64,000 nt of DNA, taken from positions 31,693-95,692 of the forward strand of contig JAHFHX010000002.1 of NCBI GenBank assembly GCA_023246655.1, given 5' to 3'. This stretch comes from Candidatus Magasanikiibacteriota bacterium (lineage in GTDB: Bacteria; Patescibacteriota; Patescibacteriia; Magasanikbacterales; GWA2-37-8). This document shows positions 8,425 through 17,073 of this stretch, in pieces. Both the position numbers and the translations under genes were made by a program. Every line of letters begins with the position of its first letter. The stretch's first letter is position 1. The notes under the pieces were generated by a model, which was given only the letters and a program-made list of their open reading frames with translations, had not been told where the DNA came from and ran no database searches.

Positions 8425-8718
8425 CTAAATTAGCTTCGGAGAAGCTACGACGAAATCGTTTACAACCTCTTCTTCCTGTACCGGCGTTGCAAATAGGTAC
8501 GCATTGTGAAAATGCCGTGATATCGCCTGCAAAAATACTTCACCGTCTTTTGGCAACACAGGAAGAGCGTTATCTTGAGATATTCCTTTTTCTAAAAGAT
8601 TGACTACCAATTCCTCTCCGGAACAGCGAACGGATCCATTTTCAAAAATACACCGTGCAACCACAGTGCCGCTCCATACAATAGCATTGAAACTAATTAT
8701 GTCTACCCATTTAGTCAT
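8425..8718 (-). CDS. Hypothetical small protein.
   Basis: 97-aa ORF positioned between the kinase-like gene and msrB. Confidence 0.3.
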   Translation of the reverse strand: MTKWVDIISFNAIVWSGTVVARCIFENGSVRCSGEELVVNLLEKGISQDNALPVLPKDGEVFLQAISRHFHNAYLFATPVQEEEVVNDFVVASPKLI

Positions 8719-8823
8719 ACTTCTTCGTTAAAATTGGTTTGTCCTTTACTACTGATCTAACTGCTTAAAATGTTAACACGTTTCACCTTTGCCAACAAAT
8801 TCATTTGCATCAAAAACTCTCCG

Positions 8824-9243
8824 TCATGGAGAGCTTTTGATTACTTGTGTATCTTTTTTCTTAAAATCCAGCGACGCCGAATTGATGCAAAACCGTTGGC
8901 CGGTGGGTTTAGGGCCGTCGTCAAACACGTGGCCGAGGTGGCCGCCACACCGGTTGCACATTACTTCGGTCCTTATCATGCCGTAGGTTGTATCGGAATC
9001 CATCATCACATTCTCCTTGGCTACTGGAGCATAAAAGCTGGGCCAACCGGTGCCAGAATCAAATTTGGTATCGGAGGAGAATAGCTCATTGTCGCAAGCG
9101 GCGCAGACGTACATCCCGGCATCGTGGTTATCCCAGTACTTGCCGGTAAAGGCGGCTTCGGTGCCTTTCTCAAATAGTACGTGCTTTTGTTGTGCGGTGA
9201 GAGTAACCATTTTTTGTGAATTGATATTAGGAGATATTTTCAT
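8824..9243 (-). CDS. msrB: Peptide-methionine (R)-S-oxide reductase MsrB.
   Basis: CAACDNELF...GTGWPSF...[21 protein letters not shown] (SelR fold, both CxxC pairs). Confidence 0.9.
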   Translation of the reverse strand: MKISPNINSQKMVTLTAQQKHVLFEKGTEAAFTGKYWDNHDAGMYVCAACDNELFSSDTKFDSGTGWPSFYAPVAKENVMMDSDTTYGMIRTEVMCNRCGGHLGHVFDDGPKPTGQRFCINSASLDFKKKDTQVIKSSP

Positions 9244-9286
9244 AGGACTATACTAAAACGGCGAGGCTGTTAGGATATTTTGTAGT

Positions 9287-9640
9287 TTAGTTTGGAATTT
9301 TTTTTACATAACCTTTCTTAAAATCCTCGATAAGGAATGACTTGGTTCCTTCGCCTTCATACACAACCCTCATGAGTTCATATGGAGTTTTGCCGAACGT
9401 GTTATAATCTAGCATAATAAAATCTTCTACCTCCCCCACTTTTCTTCCGTACTCTGTTTCAATTTCGACCCGATCACCTACTTTAAAACCAAGCTCGTTA
9501 AATTTCTGCTCCGCGGCCTTATTCGCTTCTTCGAATGATTTGTAATCTGGCAGCATTTCCCCCGCAAAAACTGCTCCATCATCACCAGGTGGGGGGGCGA
9601 CTCCTTTTTTACCTTCTTTGAAGAATCCAAACATATACAT
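9287..9640 (-). CDS. Hypothetical protein.
   Basis: 117-aa ORF embedded between msr genes. Confidence 0.35.
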   Translation of the reverse strand: MYMFGFFKEGKKGVAPPPGDDGAVFAGEMLPDYKSFEEANKAAEQKFNELGFKVGDRVEIETEYGRKVGEVEDFIMLDYNTFGKTPYELMRVVYEGEGTKSFLIEDFKKGYVKKIPN

Positions 9641-9676
9641 TTTTATATAATAAATCGAAACTTACATTATGAACGG

Positions 9677-10303
9677 TTAACGTTTGCGTTTGCTAGCGTT
9701 CACCGCATCCGGAATAAAAATAAGGGCGGCGCCGTTCATGCAGTAGCGTTTGCCGGTGGGGAGCGGGCCGTCGTCAAAGACGTGACCAAGGTGACCACCA
9801 CATTTAGATATTACCTCAACTCTGGTTTCAAAGGCAAGGGAGTGATCTTCTTTTATAACCACTGCGTCTGGTTTAATCGGCGCCCAAAAACTCGGCCAGC
9901 CGGTGCCGGAATCATATTTCTGCTCGGAGCGAAATAGTGGTTCACCACAATCGGCGCTCACGTAGGTGCCCGGACGCGTTTCAAAATCCAGGGGGCTACT
10001 AAACGGGCGCTCCGTTCCCTTTTGACGAAGAATATAATACTGCTCGGGCGTAAGTTTGCGCCGCCACTCAGCGTCGGTTATGCTGATGGTGGCAATGGGA
10101 GTGGAAGAAGCACGCATCTCGAAAGTGCTTTTACGACGAGCATCTAAATTTTGTCCGACACGAAACGCCCAACCAATTTGGCCAATCGCAAGAGCAAAGC
10201 TCAGCACTACGGTGATGACGAGGATAATGAGAATGATTTTATACGAATGGGACATGATGTGATGGTTGGAAATTATGTAAAGAGGTCTGGCTTCTTTACA
10301 CAT
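9677..10303 (-). CDS. msrB: MsrB with an N-terminal transmembrane anchor (likely extracytoplasmic).
   Basis: [21 protein letters not shown] helix, then ADCGEPLF...GTGWPSF...[15 protein letters not shown]. Confidence 0.85.
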   Translation of the reverse strand: MCKEARPLYIISNHHIMSHSYKIILIILVITVVLSFALAIGQIGWAFRVGQNLDARRKSTFEMRASSTPIATISITDAEWRRKLTPEQYYILRQKGTERPFSSPLDFETRPGTYVSADCGEPLFRSEQKYDSGTGWPSFWAPIKPDAVVIKEDHSLAFETRVEVISKCGGHLGHVFDDGPLPTGKRYCMNGAALIFIPDAVNASKRKR

Positions 10304-10784
10304 GACACGTTCCTAACCCGCGTTTGTGCAAATACTGCTGGTGATATTCTTCCGCGCGGTAGAATGGCTCGGCGGGAACAATTTGGGTGACAATTGGATT
10401 TTTGAATTTGCCGGACTTATCCATCATTTCTTTAGACGCGCGAGCCACTTGTTCTTGCTCGGGAGTGTAGAAAAAAATGACCGAGCGATATTGACTGCCA
10501 TAATCTGGTCCCTGGCGATTCATGGTGGTGGGGTTGTGGTTTTCCCAAAAAAGTTTTAATAATTGTTCATAGCTAACCCTGCTAGGATCATATGTAATGT
10601 GCACAACTTCAGCATGACCAGTATCATCGCTGCAGACATTTTCATAACTTGGATTTTTCTTGGTACCGCCCATAAAGCCTGCGGCGGTTTCTACCACACC
10701 GGGAATGACACGAAATAATTCCTCTACTCCCCAAAAACAGCCGGCGCCAAAGGTGGCTTCTTGTGACTTTATTGAATTTTCCAT
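10296..10784 (-). CDS. msrA: Peptide-methionine (S)-S-oxide reductase MsrA.
   Basis: [15 protein letters not shown] active-site motif. The stop overlaps the downstream msrB start. Confidence 0.9.
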   Translation of the reverse strand: MENSIKSQEATFGAGCFWGVEELFRVIPGVVETAAGFMGGTKKNPSYENVCSDDTGHAEVVHITYDPSRVSYEQLLKLFWENHNPTTMNRQGPDYGSQYRSVIFFYTPEQEQVARASKEMMDKSGKFKNPIVTQIVPAEPFYRAEEYHQQYLHKRGLGTCHV

Positions 10785-10944
10785 AAAAAATGTATATACT
10801 AGACTAAAGAAGTCAGCAAGGACCGGCTTCTGTTAAAATCAGTATATTATATTTAAAACTATATGTCAAGTATACTTGACATAGATAATTAATTTAAGTT
10901 ACAATTAGTGGGCTTACACGTTTGGCATAATTGTCCTCCCCTTA

Positions 10945-11050
10945 CGAAGGGGAAGTACGGAGGGGTCAACGCTTTGTGGCGATGCAACGTAGACCACCCC
11001 ACGCCCCTTCCTTCGGCAAGCTCAGGACAGGCTCTTCTTAAGGAGGGGAC
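10945..11050. repeat. Family-C GC-rich hairpin element (CCTCCCC-loop-GGGGA...) in the intergenic region.
   Basis: tcCTCCCCttacgaaGGGGAagtacGGAGGGGtc...ccccacgcccc... Confidence 0.4.
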
Positions 11051-11089
11051 AAACACGAAGATCTTCATCAATTTAACTCTCAACAACTT

Positions 11090-11452
11090 ATGCAATTCAA
11101 CAAGCTCACCCCCGAAGAAGAAGCTATCATTATTCATAAAGGCACCGAACGCCGCGGCAAGGGCGAATATACTGATACATTTGTGGAAGGCACCTATGTA
11201 TGCCGTCAGTGCAATACGCCGCTCTACACCTCGGACAGCAAATTCCACTCCAATTGCGGCTGGCCAAGCTTTGACCAGGAAATTCCTGGCGCCGTTAAAC
11301 GCACACTGGATGCGGACGGCTCACGCACCGAGATTACGTGTAACGCCTGTGGCGGCCACTTGGGCCATGTGTTTGTAGGCGAAGAATATACTCCAAAAAA
11401 TACTCGCCACTGCGTAAACTCACTCTCATTAAAATTTATTCCGAAAAAATGA
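11090..11452 (+). CDS. msrB: MsrB (third paralog).
   Basis: [24 protein letters not shown]...[14 protein letters not shown]. Confidence 0.9.
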   Translation: MQFNKLTPEEEAIIIHKGTERRGKGEYTDTFVEGTYVCRQCNTPLYTSDSKFHSNCGWPSFDQEIPGAVKRTLDADGSRTEITCNACGGHLGHVFVGEEYTPKNTRHCVNSLSLKFIPKK

Positions 11453-11465
11453 ACACGATTTTAGT

Positions 11466-11726
11466 TTAAACCCCCAGAGCCTGATCAATTTTTACTTTGT
11501 CAAATCCTATAATAATCGTACCGTTGATATCAATAACTGGTACCCCCATCTGGCCGGATTTGTGAACCATCTCCTCAGCTTTTGTCTGATCCTCAGCTAC
11601 ATTATAATCCGTAAAGGCAATATTTTTAGATTTAAGATAATCCTTAACTTTATGACACCACGGACACACCGGCGTGGAATAAATAATCACTGACGAATTT
11701 GCCATTGTATTTTGCATACAATACAT
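11466..11726 (-). CDS. Glutaredoxin-like protein (NrdH/YruB type).
   Basis: VIIYSTPVCPWCHKVKDYL...GVPVIDINGTIIIGF. Confidence 0.8.
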   Translation of the reverse strand: MYCMQNTMANSSVIIYSTPVCPWCHKVKDYLKSKNIAFTDYNVAEDQTKAEEMVHKSGQMGVPVIDINGTIIIGFDKVKIDQALGV

Positions 11727-11845
11727 AATTAATAATGAATTATAAATATAGTATATAATGCAATTTTAAAAAAGTCAAATTGACTTTACTCTTGCTTTAA
11801 AATACCTGTTGACAATATGCTCTGGTTCTACTACTATTTAGTAAT

Positions 11846-12058
11846 ATGAAAGAAACTATTCGTAATCGCGTCAACGAACTACGAACTGCTAATGCTATTA
11901 CCCAAGAGGTGCTCGCCGAGTCGGTGGGAGTAACCCGCCAGACTATTATTGCAATTGAAAAAGGTAATTATATCCCTTCAGTTTTATTAGCTTTAAAAAT
12001 TGCACGTTTTTTTAAGAAATCAACAGAAGATATGTTTTCTATTATTTATGAAAAATAA
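11846..12058 (+). CDS. XRE-family HTH transcriptional regulator.
   Basis: VLAESVGVTRQTIIAIEKGNYIPSVLLALKIARFF. A TTGACA-N17-TACTAT promoter lies at 11809-11837. Confidence 0.8.
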   Translation: MKETIRNRVNELRTANAITQEVLAESVGVTRQTIIAIEKGNYIPSVLLALKIARFFKKSTEDMFSIIYEK

Positions 12059-12419
12059 ACGACTGTGGAATGAAGCAACTTTATCGGTTCTGCTTATTGC
12101 TCTGGCTTCCCTCTGTTTAAAACCCTTAGAACAAATGTGGATGCCGAGTATGTATTCCTCACTCATACTTATTGCTTTAGCGGTTGTTTTTATTTTCTTA
12201 GCTATTTTTATTTGGAAAGAAAATGTACGAGATGAGCGCGAAAATCAACACCGCTTAATGGCCGGCCGATTTGGTTTTTTGGTGGGGGCAGGCACGCTGG
12301 TGGCCGGGATTATCATCCAAACCCTCCATGAACAACTAGACTCATGGCTTTTGGTAGCGCTCATCGCCATGATTATTGCTAAAATTGGAGGGCATGTGTA
12401 TTACCAATCTAAAAATTAA
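12047..12419 (+). CDS. Small membrane protein partner of the XRE regulator.
   Basis: The ATG overlaps the regulator stop. It has 3 hydrophobic segments. Confidence 0.45.
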
Positions 12420-12518
12420 GCGCGGTGATCTTATCCACATTGCAAGGTGTAAAGTTTACTTTACACCTTTTTTAATTGTGATATACTACCATTCAATTAG
12501 ACTTAACTTCACAACACT

Positions 12519-13103
12519 ATGCGCAAAACATCTCGTTCGCTCGCAGCGCTGGCTGTCGCGTTCATGACGCTGGGCGCTGGCTGTGCCCAGGCTCCGCAAG
12601 CCGCAGTCCAACCGGCCGCGGAACAAACCGAAAGCACGGCGATGGAACAAACAGTGCCAGGCTCTACCGAAGGCGTGATGGAAAAAAAAACCGAAGCCAC
12701 AATGCAGCGGCAGGAACCGGCGATGGCACAATTCACCGGGACGGTGCTGGCTGGAAAATCCGTCCCGCTTTTGGACTTTAACAAAAGCGATTATGACATG
12801 GCTATAAAATCGGACAAACTCGTGGTGCTTTATTTTTACGCTTCATGGTGCCCGGAGTGCCAAATCGAGTTCCCTAAAATGCAAGCCGCGTTTAACGGGC
12901 TCACCGGCGACAAGGTGGTTGGCTTCCGCGTAAACTTTAATGATTCCGATACCGATGACACTGAACAATCCCTGGCACGCGAATTTGGTGTGGCCTACCA
13001 GCATACCAAAGTGTTTGTGAAAAATGGGACGCGTGTCCTTAAGGCACCGGATTCGTGGGATACGGAGCGGTATATGACTGAAATCGCGAAAGCGATACAA
13101 TAA
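12519..13103 (+). CDS. Thioredoxin-fold lipoprotein (TlpA/ResA-like redoxin).
   Basis: Signal peptide plus lipobox LGAGCAQ, and the YASWCPECQ CxxC motif. Confidence 0.75.
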   Translation: MRKTSRSLAALAVAFMTLGAGCAQAPQAAVQPAAEQTESTAMEQTVPGSTEGVMEKKTEATMQRQEPAMAQFTGTVLAGKSVPLLDFNKSDYDMAIKSDKLVVLYFYASWCPECQIEFPKMQAAFNGLTGDKVVGFRVNFNDSDTDDTEQSLAREFGVAYQHTKVFVKNGTRVLKAPDSWDTERYMTEIAKAIQ

Positions 13104-13108
13104 TTTTG

Positions 13109-13221
13109 TGTCATTGCGAGCGAAACGGAGAGTGAAGCGAAGCAATCTCCCTGTTTAAGTAATTCTCAAATCCAGGGGATTGCCACGTCGTTCGCCGCGA
13201 GGCTCACTCCTCGCAATGACA
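13109..13221. repeat. Family-A palindromic element (intergenic).
   Basis: gtcattgcgagcgaaacggag...gcaatctccc...ggggattgcc...ctcctcgcaatgaca. Confidence 0.7.
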
Positions 13222-13257
13222 CACTACCACCTACAACCTAATTCTTAATTCCTCATT

Positions 13258-13968
13258 ATGTCCCCCACCAACCTCATTTTCTCTTTCACCGCCGGGCTCG
13301 TGTCGTTTTTGGCGCCGTGCGTCCTCCCCATTATTCCGGGCTTTTTGGCCTACCTCGCGGGGGCGTCCTTGGCGGACAGCACGGGGTCAAAGCGCAAAGA
13401 CGTGTTTATCAATAGCGTATTTTTTGTGCTGGGATTTTCGCTGGTATTTGCGGCACTCGGAGTGCTTTTGAATTCGGTACTGGAACGGGTGGCGTATGAT
13501 GTGCAAATTTGGCTGGGGCGCGTTGGGGGCCTCATTATTATTTTCTTTGGGCTGTATTTGACGGGGCTTATTAAAATTGGATTTTTAGAGAAAGAGTATA
13601 AGTTTAAAGTCACCACGAAATTCAAATCAAAATATCTTACGTCGCTTTTGTTTGGCGCGGCGTTTGCAGCCGGGTGGACGCCGTGCGTGGGGGCGGTCTT
13701 GGGCGGCATTCTGGCGCTCGCAGCCTCACAGCCCGGCTCGGCTTTTGCTCTCCTGCTTTCGTATTCACTAGGCCTGGGAGTACCCTTTCTGATTGTGGGG
13801 TTATTTGCCGCGCCAGCTTCGCGCCTCATCAATCGTTACGCCGGCGCCCTTAAGTACGTTAACTTTATCTTTGGGCTCATCCTCATCGCACTCGGAGTTT
13901 TGATTTTTACGAACAGTTTAAGTTTGGTTGCGAACTTTTCTTTGTTGAATAAGTTTTTGTTGAAATAA
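13258..13968 (+). CDS. ccdA: Cytochrome c-type biogenesis / thiol-disulfide transporter CcdA (DsbD core).
   Basis: FLAPCVLPIIPGFLAYLAG and GWTPCVGAVLGGILALA, the two conserved Cys-containing TM motifs. Confidence 0.85.
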   Translation: MSPTNLIFSFTAGLVSFLAPCVLPIIPGFLAYLAGASLADSTGSKRKDVFINSVFFVLGFSLVFAALGVLLNSVLERVAYDVQIWLGRVGGLIIIFFGLYLTGLIKIGFLEKEYKFKVTTKFKSKYLTSLLFGAAFAAGWTPCVGAVLGGILALAASQPGSAFALLLSYSLGLGVPFLIVGLFAAPASRLINRYAGALKYVNFIFGLILIALGVLIFTNSLSLVANFSLLNKFLLK

Positions 13969-13991
13969 TTAATCTTATAATCTTTCGTCTT

Positions 13992-14159
13992 ATGTTCTCT
14001 AGCCGACAAGTTACCTTCATCGTTCTCATTGGCGCTATCATCGCCGCGATTGCCTATCTGCAATTCCGTCAGCCGGTACGTCGCATTACTTCGTCGGCGC
14101 CTTCAATCGCGGTTGACCCGTACGCCAACCAACCTCCCCAACACCAACTGAAGAGGTGA
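13992..14159 (+). CDS. Small TM-helix ORF, a possible frameshifted N-terminal anchor of the next redoxin.
   Basis: MFSSRQVTFIVLIGAIIAAIAYLQF... The 14156 ORF frame is open upstream (PTSPTPTEEVTT) and joins at the ccaaccaacctcccc tract. Confidence 0.3.
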   Translation: MFSSRQVTFIVLIGAIIAAIAYLQFRQPVRRITSSAPSIAVDPYANQPPQHQLKR

Positions 14160-15244
14160 CTACGACCGCGCCAGAAAATGGCGCGATGATGAAAAAAGAA
14201 ACTCTCATCGTTAAACCAGCGATTAAACCAGCGGCTCAACCAGTGGCACCAACCCCTCAGGTATTGGTGAATAAAGCTAATAAATATCCAGCTGCCCGTG
14301 AGCTCGTGAGCCCAAGCGGATTTATTAATACGCCGCCGTTCACTCTCAAGAACCTGGTGGGCAAGAAAGTAATTCTCGTGGATTTTTGGACCTACAGTTG
14401 CATCAACTGTCAACGGACGCTCCCCTACCTTAACGCTTGGTACGATAAGTATAAAAACAAAGGATTGGAGATTGTGAGCATTCACACCCCGGAATTTGAT
14501 TTTGAGAAAAAATACGACAATGTGCAGGCGGCAGTACAAAAATACGGCATCAAATATCCAGTTGTAATGGATAACGATTATGCCACTTGGGACGCGTATC
14601 AAAATCGCTACTGGCCGCGCAAATATCTGGTGGATGTGGACGGCTACATTGTGTATGATCACATCGGCGAGGGCGGTTACGAAGAAACCGAGGCCAAAAT
14701 TCAGGAGCTCTTGGAAGAAAAAATGGCGCGCGAAGGCAAAAAAGATACGGTGGTGGACGGCTATGTAAAACCCTCCGGCGCCGTGACGATTGAAGCGGGA
14801 AGCCCGGAGACCTACTTTGGTTCCGCGCGCAATACCTACCTCGCGAACGGGGACGCGGGCAAGGCTGGCGAACAAAAGCTGACTGAACCATCCAACCTGA
14901 ATTTAAACGAGCTCAACCTCGCTGGCACCTGGAACTTTGCCCCCGAGTATGCCGAAAACACCACCGCCGGCGCTAAAATTATCTATCGCTACCAAGCAAA
15001 GGGCGTGTACTTGGTAGGCAGCGCAGTGAACGGCGTCCGGGCGCGCGTGCTACGCGACGGCAAACCGTTGACGAGTGCTGAAGCCGGCGAAGATGTCATT
15101 CTCAAAGACGGCCAAAGCTATGTGACGTTTAAGGAAGATCGCCTCTATAAAATTATCCAAGACAAAAACGGCGCCGGCGAACATACGCTTGAAATTATTA
15201 TTGAAGCGCCCGGCCTTAAAGCATTCGCGTTTACGTTTGGATGA
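14156..15244 (+). CDS. Thioredoxin-like redoxin (TlpA family) with a C-terminal extension.
   Basis: VILVDFWTYSCINCQRTLPYL...YPVVMDNDYATWDAYQNRYWPRKYLVD. Confidence 0.75.
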   Translation: MTTTAPENGAMMKKETLIVKPAIKPAAQPVAPTPQVLVNKANKYPAARELVSPSGFINTPPFTLKNLVGKKVILVDFWTYSCINCQRTLPYLNAWYDKYKNKGLEIVSIHTPEFDFEKKYDNVQAAVQKYGIKYPVVMDNDYATWDAYQNRYWPRKYLVDVDGYIVYDHIGEGGYEETEAKIQELLEEKMAREGKKDTVVDGYVKPSGAVTIEAGSPETYFGSARNTYLANGDAGKAGEQKLTEPSNLNLNELNLAGTWNFAPEYAENTTAGAKIIYRYQAKGVYLVGSAVNGVRARVLRDGKPLTSAEAGEDVILKDGQSYVTFKEDRLYKIIQDKNGAGEHTLEIIIEAPGLKAFAFTFG

Positions 15245-15308
15245 ATGAATTTAGATAGATCCGCCTGCCAGCAGGCAGTGAGTGAAGATCAAAAGTTACC
15301 AAAGACGC

Positions 15309-15340
15309 CCACTGTGGAGGGCGTCTTTTAATTTATTATT
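15309..15340. terminator. Bidirectional intrinsic terminator between convergent genes.
   Basis: aaGACGCCCactgtggaGGGCGTCtttt. Confidence 0.6.
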
Positions 15341-15349
15341 GCGATATTT

Positions 15350-17050
15350 CTACATCCCTTCCGCCGGCGTACACACCCCACCCAGTGCAACTGTTCCCTG
15401 TGGGCACACACAAGCGTTGCCATTCCATACAAAGGTGGCGGAACAGCTTTGCGGTGTTTCAGGACTCGCCGCTTTGAACCGGAGAGGTATAAACTCTGAT
15501 CTAACTAGAAATTCAGACTTGCTGGTATAACCGGAGGCGGCGCGGCCATCATTGGCTTTGGCTTCGATATACCAGGCATAATTACTGTCCCACTTGAGAT
15601 TACCGGCTGGAACCGTTGCCCAACTACAAACCCAGTGATTGGCGGCATCGGTACAATTTTTATCGACAGTTTCGCCTTTGTCCCAATCGCGTTCCCAAAC
15701 TTTTTGATTGGAGTCAGTATCGATAACGTACCAACGAAAGTAGGCTTTAATATTTTGGGGATAGGTCCAGATTAAGACTGGGTTCAAGGTATTAACCGTA
15801 ACGCTGTCGGTTGGGCTCGTAATGGTTGGTTTCGGGGCCTTGGCGGCTTCACAGCGCTGAATGGGCTCGGGTTGGTTTTGTTGGAGAATAATTACCCATT
15901 CACAGCCCATGAGATTGGCTTGACAATCAAACTTGTCGGTGAGTCGTTCACACTGCTTGTAGAAGCATTTACCCTCTCGTTTGGGATTATCAATGTCTTT
16001 TGGATCAGTCCATTTCCATTCACAGATGGGGGCAACGTTGCAAAAATCTTCCTTGACAATATCTTTACAGTTGGGAAGAGGTTTATCTTTACCCGGGTTC
16101 CAAGTGGCGGTGTTATTATTGGTGTTGTTCTCTTGGGTAATGCTTTTGATGGTCATGCCGAGGGAGAAGATGTCGTTTTTCCTGCCCGGTATGCGCCAAC
16201 TTTGGTAGGTAATTCCCCCAGCTGAGAGCGAGATATTAACAGAACTAGAAACAATCATGCTCTTCGGTGGGGTGGAAAGGTCAGAGCGAATGAGGACGTT
16301 TTCAAAACCACCTTTGGCTTCGGCTTTGCCGTTGTTATTAACACTGTAGATAACCAGAGTTTCGTTGGTCATGCGAGGGAGAAGGAAAACATCCCCAAAA
16401 GCAAGGTCGGGAGCGGGAGGGGCAATCTCAACGAAAAGAGGTTTGAGTTCTATTGGCTTAAGCATCATAACTTTGGGTTTACCTGGGACGGTGAAACACC
16501 CACCAATCAATCTCCAACTACAATCATTCCTGAGAATACAAACATTTTTATCGGAGAGTTTTTCACAGGCCGTATTCTGGGCCACTTCCAAAATAGTGCT
16601 GTTGTTATTTTCATCCCTTTCTATCACTTGGTTATTGCTGTCTACCAATATACTCACCTGCTGAACAGTGCCGACACTGTTAACCAATTTTTGAGAAAAA
16701 ACTGGAGTGTAGAAAACTTCTCTGCCAGCCTCAAAACCATCAACTTCAATTTTACTAATAAATACGGTGTTTTTATCACCCTGTAAAATGGTTTTGAGCG
16801 TAAAGGAAGTGGTAGGCAGATTGCCATCATTGCGCGCTTTAAAATTAACTACCATATCACCATTTTTATTGATGAGGAGGCTGACATTTTTGTCTACCAA
16901 TAAATCGGCTTGAAAGGCGAAAATTTTTTTGGTTTGGAACTGCATTTTTTGTACGGCTCTGGCCGTGTTGGTCATCCCCAATCCGAAAATAACTCCACAC
17001 AAAACTATCAAGCTAATTCGCCAGACATAATTGTGAATAGTGGTACGCAT
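15350..17050 (-). CDS. Secreted cysteine-rich surface protein with a CARDB-like domain.
   Basis: Signal peptide, ...IERDENNNSTILEV (CARDB C-terminal signature) and several Cys-rich modules. Confidence 0.55.
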   Translation of the reverse strand: MRTTIHNYVWRISLIVLCGVIFGLGMTNTARAVQKMQFQTKKIFAFQADLLVDKNVSLLINKNGDMVVNFKARNDGNLPTTSFTLKTILQGDKNTVFISKIEVDGFEAGREVFYTPVFSQKLVNSVGTVQQVSILVDSNNQVIERDENNNSTILEVAQNTACEKLSDKNVCILRNDCSWRLIGGCFTVPGKPKVMMLKPIELKPLFVEIAPPAPDLAFGDVFLLPRMTNETLVIYSVNNNGKAEAKGGFENVLIRSDLSTPPKSMIVSSSVNISLSAGGITYQSWRIPGRKNDIFSLGMTIKSITQENNTNNNTATWNPGKDKPLPNCKDIVKEDFCNVAPICEWKWTDPKDIDNPKREGKCFYKQCERLTDKFDCQANLMGCEWVIILQQNQPEPIQRCEAAKAPKPTITSPTDSVTVNTLNPVLIWTYPQNIKAYFRWYVIDTDSNQKVWERDWDKGETVDKNCTDAANHWVCSWATVPAGNLKWDSNYAWYIEAKANDGRAASGYTSKSEFLVRSEFIPLRFKAASPETPQSCSATFVWNGNACVCPQGTVALGGVCTPAEGM

Positions 17051-17073
17051 ACAAGAAAAAATGTAAAAAATAA

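Noticed and set aside
12486-14063. Antisense ORFs (12486-12784, 13350-13832, 13836-14063) opposite the redoxin and ccdA genes.
   Set aside because: They are shadow ORFs of the moderately GC-rich coding strand. The sense strand has clear motifs.
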